A stretch of 64,000 nucleotides of DNA from Trichinella spiralis. Lineage: Eukaryota. This document shows, piece after piece, positions 43,921-55,500 of the stretch; positions within the stretch are counted from its first letter, which is position 1; each line of letters begins with the position of its first letter. Location: assembly GCF_000181795.1 (NCBI RefSeq), contig NW_003526948.1:2286921-2350920 (forward strand), read 5' to 3'. Position numbers and translations under genes: made by a program. The notes beneath the pieces are model-generated. The model did not search any database and was not told the origin of the DNA. It worked only from the letters and a program-made list of their open reading frames with translations.

Positions 43921-45969
43921 ATGTTGCGCAGCGTTTGGTTCAGAAAAGCGGTCGAGTTTGTAGCGTCGACGCGAGGAACGGGGTCGTTCGCGGCCGGCAA
44001 GAAGCTGAACGAGTTCACTTGTCGCACGCACACTTGCGGCGAATTGACGTTGAAGAACGTCGGCGAGCGGGTGACTTTGTGCGGTTGGCTGCAGCGGAAA
44101 CGTTTGGACAAGTTCGTCGTGCTCAGGGACATGTACGGTAGTGTCCAAGCGCTGCTCGAACGCGGTCAGTTCGAACAGTTGCGGTCGGTTCCTTTGGAAA
44201 GTGTGCTCAGGGTCGATGGGACCGTGGTCGCCAGACCGTTGTCCAGCCAGTGGTCGGGCGAGGTCGAGGTGCGAGTCGAGGCGGTGGAATTGTTGAACGC
44301 TTGCCGGTCGCGGTTGCCGGTGTCGGTCGACTCGGCCGCCCAAGACCCCAACGAAATCAACCGACTCCGCTACAGGTATTTGGATTTGCGACGTCGGCAA
44401 ATGAGAGAAAATTTGCATATGCGCTCGAAGTTCGTGTCCGACGTGAGGAGGTTTCTCGAAGATCGGTACGGCTTCGTCGAAGTGGAAACGCCGTCGTTGT
44501 TCTGCCGCACGCCCGGAGGGGCGGCCGAATTTTTAGTTCCCACCAGAGAGGCGGGGAAATTTTTCTGCCTGCCCCAAAGTCCGCAGCAGTTCAAGCAGTT
44601 GCTGATGGTAGCCGGTTTTGACAGGTAAACTGGTCGGCTGAGTTTGGCGAGCGTGAAGTTGCAAAGTTTTTTTTTTTTACATAGGTACTACCAAATTGCC
44701 CGTTGCTACAGAGACGAAGGAAGCAAGTCGGATCGCCAGCCCGAATTTACCCAGATCGACATTGAACTGTCGTTCACCGACGAGCAAGCGGTAATGGCAC
44801 TGATCGAAGCTCTGATTGTCCACTGTTGGCCGGACCAGTTGACCGTCAAGCCCCAGTCGCCGTTTCCCCAAATCAGGTAATGCCTGTCTGTTCTTGTGGA
44901 TAATAATAATTGGACACAGGGACGAAGAGCACGAGTGGATTTTTCAGCTACGCGGACGCGATGCGTTTGTACGGCACGGACAAGCCGGACTGTCGTTTCG
45001 ACTGGCTGCTGCGACCGCTGCCCGACGGCGTAGCGCCCGTTGGCGATACCGTCGGCCATTTTCGGGCGATCGTTTGCCACGATCCTCTGGGCAACGGTTT
45101 GCCGCCCGTCGACGCCGGCGACATTGATCGCCTCCGGCGACACTTGGCTTCGTATTATTCGAAATTGAATTTCGCTTTCGCGATTTTCCACGGCGACGCG
45201 ACACTAGGCCGACGACCATCGTTCGACATCTCGGACCGAGAATGGGACAACATTCGCGCTTGGGCTCGTGGTTTGGAGCCGACGACGTTGGTCGTCGTCG
45301 GTCGGTCGGACAATTTGCATCACTTGCAACGAGGACTCGGTTTGGTTCGCGTCCAATTGGCGAACCTTTACGAAGGTGAAATTAATTTTTCAGTCTCCCT
45401 TCCCCCGCCTATTCATCTTCCTGCGAACTTTCAACGTCACTTTTTCACTTGCAGAAAAGTATGCCGTTGATGTTCGTCGGTCGACGAATTCGTTCCAATT
45501 TTGCTGGGTTGTGCAGTTTCCGTTGTTCGTGGTCGCCGAAGACGGCCGACTTGAGAGCGCCCACCACCCATTTACGGCGCCGGCTATTGGCCAAGAGCAA
45601 CTGTTGTACGAAAATCCGCTGGCCGTGATCGGTCGACACTACGACCTCGTGTTGAACGGCGTCGAATTGGGCGGCGGTTCGATAAGAATCCACCGGCCGG
45701 CCGTCCAACGCCACGTACTCCACCACGTTCTGAAAGAGAACGTCGACCAGATGGAGCACCTGTTGCAAGCGTTGGAGTTCGGCGCGCCACCGCACGGCGG
45801 TTTCGCCATCGGCTTGGACCGTTATTTGGCACTGTTGACCGGCTCGAAGTCGATTCGCGACGTGATCGCGTTTCCCAAATCTCACGAAAGCAGAGATCCG
45901 ATGACCGGAGCGCCCACTGCCGTCCCGGACGACGTACTCGGCCGTTATCACGTTCGAATCGTGGAATGA
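43921..45969 (+). CDS. DARS2: Mitochondrial (bacterial-type) aspartyl-tRNA synthetase, 4 exons
   Basis: Arg-rich transit-like N-terminus, [88 protein letters not shown]; introns at about 44625-44684, 44877-44947 and 45376-45454. Confidence 0.96.
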
Positions 45970-46751
45970 AAACAACCAACGATCGTTGTGATCGTGTATG
46001 CATTTCGCCGTTGCCGATTGTATGCAAATTTTCCATCCACGTCTATCACGTTTGCGCCTGATCTGCACTGAACTCGAAGGAGTAAATTTTTCTTCGACCT
46101 TGGTGAAGTGAAAAAGAAAGAAATAATGGACATATTTTCACAAGTGGCGTTTGTGTTCAAGTGAAATTTCAAATTTTCAATTGTCCATTTTTCGGTTGTC
46201 TTGTTACTTGGTAGTCGAATGTAATGTAATACAAAAATGGGCCAAGTAGAAAAGAAAAAAAAAACTGAACCATATATATTAAAATTACAATCGATTGAAA
46301 ATTTTGTTTTTATTTAAAAAATGATTCACAATCAATTCAAATTGAAATTATGAAAAAAAGGTGAAAAAAAATCAACAAAACGAAGAAAATTTATTCTATG
46401 CAAAGCAATTTCTACGATTGTTTTTCTCACTTGACGAACGAATGTCGAATAGGGAAACAAAAGAAGAAGAAGAAGAAGAAAAAAAAACAATTTTTAAAAC
46501 GTATCACTGTGTACAGTACGACCAACGTTGGTGCCGTTGTCGCCTGTTTTTTTTTATCTTTTTGAAATTTAACTTTACACGTCCGCAAACAAAACTGCCC
46601 AATTTTCTTCTCACTCGCAGTGACGTCGTCGAATTGTCGTCATTTTCATTTCAAATTATTATTCACATTATCAAGAAGATTTATGAAAAAAAAAATATTT
46701 TTTTTTAAGATGCAAATGATAAATAATTATCATTTCAATAAAATGATAGTG

Positions 46752-46900
46752 AAAAAGGAAACGTTACTTCCTTACTGTCTTGGTCGCTGTTTTGTCGATC
46801 AAGTACTAGATTTCGAACTTGACCGACCCAACGATGCACAAATTGACAACCCAAGCAGCGATACCCGTCGGACGCGTCCGCTACCCCAACAAGTTGCGAT
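46752..46900 (-). ncRNA. Candidate structured small RNA of unknown family (two hairpins, box A/B-like motifs, Sm-like site, oligo-T end)
   Basis: GC-rich island in AT-rich intergenic DNA. Minus-strand stems GGGTAGCGG/TCGCTGCTT and GTCGGTCAAGT/ACTTGATCGAC; TTTTT at the 3' end. Confidence 0.4.
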
Positions 46901-47934
46901 AAAACTCCTATTTAAAGTTGAGACAATTTTCAAATTTATGCAAATAATTTGTCAATTTTGAACTGTTTTGAAAAATTTTTTACAAAAATAAAAAAATTTT
47001 CAATACATTTTTCCAATTTGAAAATTTCACCAATTTCGTGCGAAAAGTATGTCAGTTTTTGAAAACCGGTTTTTATTCAATGCAATGACAAAACGAAAAT
47101 TATTTTTCAACTTCACCAATAATAATAATAATAATAATAGGGCAATTTATTTAGTTTTTTTCTTTTTGTAATTTTTATTTTTGTAGGCTTGATTAGCTAA
47201 GAACAATTTGCATGGCAAAATGAATGAATGAATGTCTTTTTGTTTGTCACGATGTCTATTGAAATAAATAAAAGTAGAAACCAAAAAATGAACATTATTT
47301 AAATAACAAATCAAAACAAACATGTATTTTTTGTATACTGTGAAGTTTTCATTTTCAAACTACAGTAAAACTTCATTTTTGAAAAATTTCTTCAGCGGCA
47401 GTGGTTGAAGCCGATGTTTTTTCGGCATCATTTTGAAAAATTTAATAATCTCTTTTAATAACACCAAACAATATATATATATTTTCTTTTAATGAAACTT
47501 TTTTTCATTTTTAATATTAAACATTTCTAACGTTTTGATTGAACGTTTGAAGTTTTTTCCGAGAAAAAAATACTCTTGTTCAAATAATGTAATGTAAAAT
47601 TTATTTTTTTCTCATTTACGAAGATTCAACGTTGCATACGCAAATTAGACAAACATTAGTTTAGAGCGCTTAAACAGGTGAAAATTTGTCCAAATTTCAC
47701 GGGCGAGAATTGAAAATCAAAACTGATAACAGCGAAATTACGAGCTCAACTAAAAGCAACAAGTCTTATAATAAGGCTTGTCAAACAAATGGTAGTCGCC
47801 GGGAGAGTGGTGGCTGTCCTAGAAACCTGAAATGGATATCTTATCAAGGAGAAAGAATTACGATTCGGACGGGGAATAAATTTCAATATCCAATTCACGA
47901 TTCTTTTCATCATCTCCACAATCTTTAAACATTA

Positions 47935-48466
47935 CTACATGCACGATTGAATTTTTTTTCAAAGGTTTGGTCTGGTGCTGAACAAAAATGCGAGCAGTTT
48001 CATGTAAATATTTGATCGCTAAGTAATCTGCAGCCTAGAAATTTTCAAATAAATACAAACAATATTCATAATCATTTTACATGATCAACATGCATGGCTC
48101 ACTGGCTGAAAACTCAATATCCCAATCACTGATGGAACATTTTGTCTGAAAATTCGGATATGCGTCGTTTTTGTGATACTCACAATAGGCAATAATCTAT
48201 TCAAAGAAAATATCAGCGCTCGGATGACACGCGACAATAATTACTTTTCTCAAAGTTTCCGAATCAACAAACAGGAACGGAATTGGTTCTAGATCGTGTC
48301 GATTTTCGTCATAATGTTAAATTTATTTAAAATAAAATTTTAATATATCAATATCAATAATCACAATCTTCAAACATTGTTTTCACTGTTTGTGACATTT
48401 TGATCACTTTAATAAAGACTTCAATTGTTTCCCCTCATTAGACGTAACCTTCACGAACGGAGACAT
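47935..48466 (-). pseudogene. Skp1-related (SKR-like) gene with a frameshift and an apparently dead splice acceptor
   Basis: MSPFVKVTSNEGKQ/frameshift/EVFIKVIKMSQTVKTMFED, EPIPFLFVDSETLRK|IIAYCEYHKND..SDWDIEF..|AADYLAIKYL follow the Skp1 motif order. 1-nt shift near 48425; no AG at the expected acceptor near 48316. Confidence 0.72.
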
Positions 48467-49619
48467 TATTTACAATTTTACATATCTGAAATATATTTCA
48501 AGAAATAAATTAAAAATTTTTTTTAAATAAATGCTATCCAACAAGATCAATAAAATTTACAGTACACACTAAAAAACAATCAAGATGCCGAAAAAGTAAA
48601 AAAATATCAACATCTATTTGTATTTTATAAAATTGCATTTCATTTTTTGTAAAGTTATTTTTTTACTTTACAAATCTGATTAAATTAATATGAACAACAA
48701 GGTTGACAAATCCCTGACTGAAGAAACTCACACAAAAACGACACTAGAGCAACTGCAGTTATCATAATATTATTCATTGAAATTAACATTTTCCAGTAAA
48801 AAAAATGAAATTTCTAAAATAGGACGCATTCATGCACATATCATTGTCCATACTTGTACTGTAATGTTGCCTTAATTTTAAATGCTTTCTTTGTTCAAAT
48901 TTCATACCGCTTGAATTAGGCATTAAATCATTGAAAATTTTTGTTTTAAATTGTTTTAATTTATATTTAATATATAAATCTTAAAATTATACTAACGTAC
49001 GTTTATAAAAATTGCAACAGAAAAAGACAAACAAATGCCGGGACAGAAATTTAACCTGATTGTCATTATTCTACAAAAAGAGCGTAGTTAAGCTTGTTTA
49101 CCTATTAGTGATGAATTTTTCAATGCACCGAAAGATCACTGTGCGCAATCTATCAAGATTTTGAATTCTTACCAAATTTTCAATATTACTTTTGTGTTTA
49201 TTTTTTTGACAAAAACGATGTTTTCTATTTTAGGTTTAATTAAAGGTTTCATGGCCTTTTGCTAAAGGTCATGTAAAATTTTCACTCAGTGTGAAATGAT
49301 TTTTAATTATTTGCATGTTTTATTATTATTATTGCAATTATATATTTGCAGTTTACTTGTTAAATATGGTAAATAGCATGATGTTGTTTTAAAACTCCAT
49401 TTTTATATTGCCATTTTCCTTTAAACGTTACTTTTGGTTGACGTTAAATTTAGTCTTTTATTAAATTGAAACAATCGTTTCATTTTATTTTGTTTTAGAA
49501 ATTCATTTGCGAAACGTTTATTAAGAAATGCAAATTGTGGTTTCCAAGCACTAGAGAAGCAGATTCAAGATTTTGGAGTATTGCAAACAGTTATTCTTTA
49601 ACAAAGTAGTGTATTAAAA

Positions 49620-51274
49620 ATGAATTCACCTCCGTTGGAAAACTCTGAAACGTCTTCTGAAGCACCCTCTGACTACCGAAACAGCAATACAGAATCAGAT
49701 GTGGAAAAGGAAATGGATGAATCGTTAGCCATTAATCAGATCGATTTCCGAATTTATGAAGATATTCCTACACTTCCATCAGTAATCGATAGCAATCTTA
49801 ATAAAGTAACAGTCAATTATTAGTGCGCAATGTTTTGTAAATTAAAAACAAGCGTTGCATTTATGTTATGCCACTAACATTTATAATATAGTTTAAAATT
49901 TTTAGTAAATACCAACGAGTAGATTTTTATTATTCTTTTTATTTTAAGAATTTGATTTATGCAATTTTCTTATTATAATTGTTCATATTTATGCATCTTT
50001 TTTATTTAAAAATATGGTATCTTATTTAAGGAAGAGAAAGATTGTCATCAATTGAATTCTTCACAAATGGAAGAACAGCCAGCGGGAACCTCATCTGAAG
50101 GCAATTTTCAAGGAGATCAAACATTTGTAAAGAAAATTAATAATGATCATGAATGTCCGTCAACAGGACGAACTGATTCAGACGGTATGTAAAAAAGAAA
50201 CAAAAGAATTCGCTTATGAAAATGATTTTGTTTTCAGTTTCGGCTGATAATTCACGTACAAATTGCGGCCAATTTGACATGAAGACTCTGGCAACTTTAT
50301 TAAAGTCTCTTCGCAAAGCTGACCCTTTTTTGCAATCGCTATTTGTAGGATATGATGTTACAAAGCTCGACAGTAATCTCGTTTATATAAAGTAGGTGTA
50401 TGAAAATTTCTTAAATCAATAATTATGTTGTATGGTTGTTGAACAATTATTTGAAACGCGTTGCGCAATTAGATTTGCACATTTCAACACTAATTTTTTA
50501 TGTTTATTAATAATATTTTTTTCAGTGCAGTATTTTTGAAAAATAGCATTGCACTTTTTATATTCTATCATTAATGCCTAAATGTGTGATGAATTATTTG
50601 ACGATTTAATAATTTGATTATATTTCCCTCGAAATGGAATAGTATTAAAAATTACTTATTATTTTAGTGGCAAATTACGTTCGCTGCCAATTGCTCCTTT
50701 ACCATTGCGTGGTGGGGACATACAAATTCCACAGGAATATTTGATCTCATCACAAGTCAATAGCCGATTGCCTTCGTTAAATATGAGCAGATACAACGAA
50801 GATTTGTTATTTTATATGTTTTATACTTTTCTTGGCGACACCCTTCAAATGTCAGCAGCGGCAGAGTTGTAAGTTTATGAATTGTTTACATAGGGTTTTT
50901 CCTGTTTTTTATTGCTTAAATTATTATAAATAAGGCCTGATATTTTGCAAAACGTATTCAAAGTTTAATCGTATTCTTACAATTGTAGATTCCGACGAAA
51001 TTGGCGATATCACTTGTATATGCAGAGATGGTTGTTTCCAGAATCTACAGTGTTTTCTGTCCGTGATTCACAACGAATAGAGCAGGGAACTTGTTTAATT
51101 TTTGAGCCGTTGGAATGGAGAAAAGTAATCGAATGAAAAGTTTTATTATTATTATTATTATTATTAATGCAATTTTGCACTTTCATTTATGACGCATAGA
51201 TTCAGAAACGTATGGAATTAATTCACCTGAACGAAGAAACGCAATTGCAAACACTGGTCATGGATTATCAGTGA
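49620..51274 (+). CDS. Divergent NOT2 (CNOT2)-like protein with NOT box, 6 exons
   Basis: GQFDMKTLATFI, GYDVTKL, IPQEYL, SRYNEDLLFYMFYTFLGDTLQMSAAAEL|FRRNWRYH..RW, GTCLIFEPLEWRK; GT-AG introns; acidic low-complexity N-terminus. Confidence 0.82.
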
Positions 51275-51751
51275 AAAAAAGCCTATATATTTTTCTTTGT
51301 TCATTCTCATTATATCTACTAAACGCAAATTATAAAATTCCAAAGTTTACTGCTTCTGTTTATTTTATCTGAAGTTGGCAATGAATTACTGCCACCGATA
51401 GTGCTGCTTAACGCCGATCCAAGAAAGCTTTATTGGCTGTGTTGTTTTACTGGATATTTATTGCATGTGTTTTATTTAGTTGACAGAATTTGTATGTTCG
51501 TGCGAAATAATTTTCAACTATATTCAAAAGTGAGCAGCAATAAATATTGAATTCTGTTGTCTGGCGACCAAAAGAAATGAATCGACACAAGCGACATGGA
51601 TAATAATAGATAAAGTTATTGCAATTGTGCATGATCATCATCATCAATTTATGAGGTAAGGGGAAAATATTCATGGAAAGATGTCAAAAGAGCACGAAGC
51701 GGGTGTTGTCGAATATTTTATTTTCCAAATTCAGGGACAAGTCGAGTCCAC

Positions 51752-53129
51752 TCAGCGAGCGACAGTGGATTTGAGTAGGCGCTTCTGCGTGGGGGTTTTG
51801 CACGTGGAATAATCCAATGGTTTGTTGTTGATGAGGTACTGGTCGAGCAGGGAATCCGTATCACTTGACGATTTTCCCACGGAAACCCCTTCGTCGTGTT
51901 CGTCGGAATTGCATTCGTCCGGCTTTTTCCCGGATTCCAGTCGTTGACGCTGTCCCAGACGTTCTCGGAGTTCGGCCAGCTCACGACCAAGCTGTCTGGC
52001 TTCTTCCCTTATGCGACTGTTTTCCCGTTCCAATTCCTTAACTCGGCGGTAGCGGGCTTCGAAAAGGGCGCGTCGATTTGCTCTGCATCGTTTCGCGGCT
52101 TCGTTGTTCCGTCGGCGTCGTTCCAAATAGCGTTCAGTACCGTCGTCGGTGGACGATTGGGAAAATGGCGACGCCCCGGTCACCGGGTCCAGTGATGTTG
52201 GAGAAAGCGAATCGACGGACGACGAACAACCGGTGCTCGCTTCGGTGGATCGTCGTTGGCGTTCGACCGACGGTTTTGGACCTGGATCTTCGGTAGTACT
52301 GTCGGCCGTTTCGGTTGGCTTTGGTGGGGCGGGTGGATTTTTTGAAACATGTCCAACGTCCACTGAGCAGGTCGACTTTTTCACTGCATCTTGTTGTTGT
52401 TGTTGTTGTTGTTGTTGCTTTTGTTGCTTTTCGAGCAGCTTGTATCGAAGACATTGTTTGCCGTCCAAAAACGACGCTCCCATCACTAGTGCAGCAGCGG
52501 CAGTAGTGGCGGGATTGGATAAATTGAATGGAGCAGCAGCCGGTGTTCCAGGTAGCCAATTCCAACCGTACGGTGTCAACGACGGGGTCTGCGTCAAAGC
52601 ACCGGCATCCAGTGTAAACGGCCCCACCCTCGCCAACGGTGTATGGACCGGTGGAGATATGGCGCAATTCAGAGCCGAGTTGGGAATCAGCTTGCGTATA
52701 GCTTCCAGTTCACTTTTCAACATCTCGTTTTCTTTACTCAGAGCTGTCAGACGAGATTCGGTTGCCAAATCATTCAGACGACGACGTTCACGGGAACGAC
52801 GAGCCGCTTCGTTATTTCGACGCCTTTTCTCCCAATAACGATCATCATAAAGCTTCTCCTCGTGCGTCTGGTCGTCCGAATTGATCATGCACGTCTTTGA
52901 TCTCTCCTTGTTGTCTGGGAAATCTGTCATTTTGCGGCTTACTGGCTTCGCAGGTTTTTCATTTCTAAACAAAATATGAACAATTTAAGAATTAAAGTCG
53001 AAAAACATAACCATTTCGACAATGGTAAGTAAAACGGTCAAAGTCGAACGGGGCAATGGGAGAAAAAGGAAAGATTTAGAATTTTCCACACTTGGAACAG
53101 GAAAATTGAGATCCGGCTAGAGCATGCAT
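51752..53129 (-). CDS. NFIL3/E4BP4/vrille-type bZIP transcription factor with two bZIP domains (probable nematode ATF-2 ortholog)
   Basis: bZIP1 [47 protein letters not shown]; bZIP2 [37 protein letters not shown]; polyQ between them. A short first exon ([12 protein letters not shown], about 53129-53092) splices in frame to TTTAG at about 52965; the start is tentative. Confidence 0.88.
52391..52417 (-). repeat. (CAA)n coding microsatellite encoding polyQ
   Basis: ttgttgttg... run on the plus strand; translates as a Q tract in the bZIP ORF. Confidence 0.9.
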
Positions 53130-54879
53130 TTCCTCTCCAACTGTGAAACGCGGTGATTCCAAATGAAAATGCCCGGCTAAGGAAATGAAGCGAAACAACA
53201 AGAGCTGGACCTGTTGCAGTGGCCGAATTTTGGAAAGCTGCAGGCGATAATGAAAATGCAGGTCGTTCCTAGTGCGGCAAATATTCAAACTGTTCACAAA
53301 TCATTTATTAAAATTTATCAGTTATTTTTCACATCTTTCTCTTGAAGATTTATTTGTTTTTTTTTTTCAATTCAATGCAATAATTTTTTTTTCTTTTTTA
53401 TTCTTTTCAATTGATCATATTTTTGTCATTCGTCTATCACCACTACTACTAAACCAATCAATAATCGAATTGAAAAGATAAAAATAGCAGCAGCAGATGT
53501 TTGATTTGTGATTTGAGAAAAGCAAAACATTTGACAATATTACAACTTCATTCAGCTTTTTCTCTCTTTTCAAAGTATTATCAGTTTTTGAAACAACAAT
53601 TTTATATTCAAATTATTTAAAAAAAATAAAAAAGAATTCAAATTCACAACACTAAATGACACTCCCATTACTTTTTGGTCTCATGCCAAAAGTTTTCGAA
53701 TCACAAACGACCGTAGATTATATCAACCCAATGGTAGCCTTGAGCAGAAAGTTTAACAACATAAAAGTTGATTATTATTTATGCAGTGCAATATTTCTAT
53801 AAATAAATGAATACAACAATAACAAATTGTCGGTTGTTATTTTTCAGTCTAATTTCCAAACTTTACCTGTAATATATTATTATTAAATCGAACAGCTTTT
53901 TTCACATGAAATGAGTATTTTTCATTTCCGCCGTTTTTTGTATTGTTTGCTTACGATGCACTAATTGTGCAATGTGAAATATTCCAAAATAGTTATGCAA
54001 CTGACGTACACACAATCTGATGATAATAATATTTCATATCAATGATCTCATTTTAATACTTCTATGTGTTTTAATAATAAAATTTTCAAGTAAAGTTTCT
54101 CTTTTTGAATTATCATATTGTTTTATTTATAAATTTTTCTTTATACAATGGGAATAATTGCTCAAAGCAAGATGAATGTGATAAATTAAAAGCATGAAAG
54201 TTTTTATTAAAATTTTACCTGTACATTCCTTTGTAGAGCAATTATACTGTAAAAACTTCAATATTGTCAAAAGTTCTTTCTATTTTTAAGACTTAATAAT
54301 AAACATAAATTATAAACTGAATAATAATATTGTTGTTGTTGTTGTTGTTATTTTAAAAACGTTTTATTAAATTTTAATGAATAAAATTATAATAACTAAC
54401 TTGAAAATGTTCAAAAGTGAAGAATATCCAATAAAGAATATGGCATTTTCGAATCATTTTATAATCCAAAAGTAGCGCGCTGCTTGGAAAGTTATCGTTG
54501 AATTTATTGCAATGAATGAATTTATTTTTAATATTTGTCAATTTTTAATCGAATTAATTGTCATTTTGCCGAATAAGTTGTGAATGAAAATCTCCAATAA
54601 AGACAAGATCGAATAGTTCTACCTACCATCATCTTCAAATAAACAGTGACGGCCTAGATTGGTGCAACATGTTTTCTTTTGAAATACAAATTTATAAAAC
54701 TGTGAGAAAATAAATTGCCTGGCCATATGGACATTTTGTATTCTTTATTGTTTTACTTTGTCCTATTTTATATGAATATGATTTATACTTTCAAAATGAT
54801 CTACCTGATCAATAATATTCTTCAAATTGTTGAAATTGGTTTAGAATGAAAGAAAAAAAAAATTAAACCAAAAGTACAT

Positions 54880-55500
54880 ACCTCAGTTTTAGTGGATGAG
54901 ATGAAATTTGTTCTTGTTTTGAATGAACAACAAAAAGAGATTTCAGCTTGGTTAGTTAGTTAACCAAGCAGCGCAGCGGTCTCCAGGAGAGCAGCAACTC
55001 ACTAGCTCCGCCTAGGATGATGGATCTGTGTTGCGATTGCTGGGGGCAGTCGGTGGTCAATCGATTGGATTTAGTGCAGGCTCAATGGTCAACGGCTACG
55101 CAACCACGGCTCGGCAAACAGAAAACCTATTCAAATTGGTTGATGCATTTAATTGTTCACTGGTCGCTGGCAACGTGGCTGACGGCTTTGATCTGCGTCT
55201 GGTCATCAATTGAGCCTATCCAGACACTTTTGGATCGATGAGTCTGGAAAACGTTTGTTGACCAGACAGAGCAAGCATGAACGTCTGCTGCGAAAATACG
55301 CGGCTGCCAGAGCTTCATTTCCATCACTGCTGCATCATTTCCAAAGCTCCGGGTCGCCTACTGACCGCAGAGGCAGCTGATTGCTATCGTTGTTTACCCG
55401 TATGTTGACGTTTCGACTTTGGCGGCGACCCTGAAGGTTTTTGTTATTGAAGTTGCTTTAAGCATACACACACACACACACACATGCTAACGTGAAAATC
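54880..55500 (-). promoter_or_regulatory. GC-rich block upstream of the bZIP gene: probable promoter and/or 5' non-coding exon(s), includes a (CA)n tract
   Basis: Composition step from the AT-rich flanks; minus-strand donor-like GAG|GTATGT near 54881 and CTA|GTGAGT near 55000; (CA)n at 55466-55484; no credible protein ORF. Confidence 0.35.

Noticed and set aside
43921..45969. DARS2 as a recent bacterial HGT or contaminant
   Set aside because: It has three host-style spliceosomal introns and a transit-like N-terminus; mitochondrial AspRS is normally bacterial-type.
43828..46172. Many long overlapping antisense and alternate-frame ORFs over DARS2
   Set aside because: Expected shadow of GC-rich coding sequence; no recognisable motifs or splice structure.
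46752..46830. Resemblance of the ncRNA candidate to U12 (AGTAAGGAAGTAACG, minus) or U11 (AAAAAGG..ATCAAG..GATTTCG, plus) snRNA
   Set aside because: The motifs are in the wrong position or context, and the downstream Sm site and stem-loops required for U11/U12 are missing.
48420..48436. Programmed -1 frameshift at GGGAAAC in the Skp1-like gene
   Set aside because: The heptamer is not phased as X XXY YYZ in the zero frame, no downstream stimulatory structure is evident, and a second lesion favours pseudogenisation.
51718..52900. Antisense ORFs over the bZIP gene, including a poly-Cys run
   Set aside because: The poly-Cys is the reverse complement of the CAA polyQ repeat; these are shadow ORFs.
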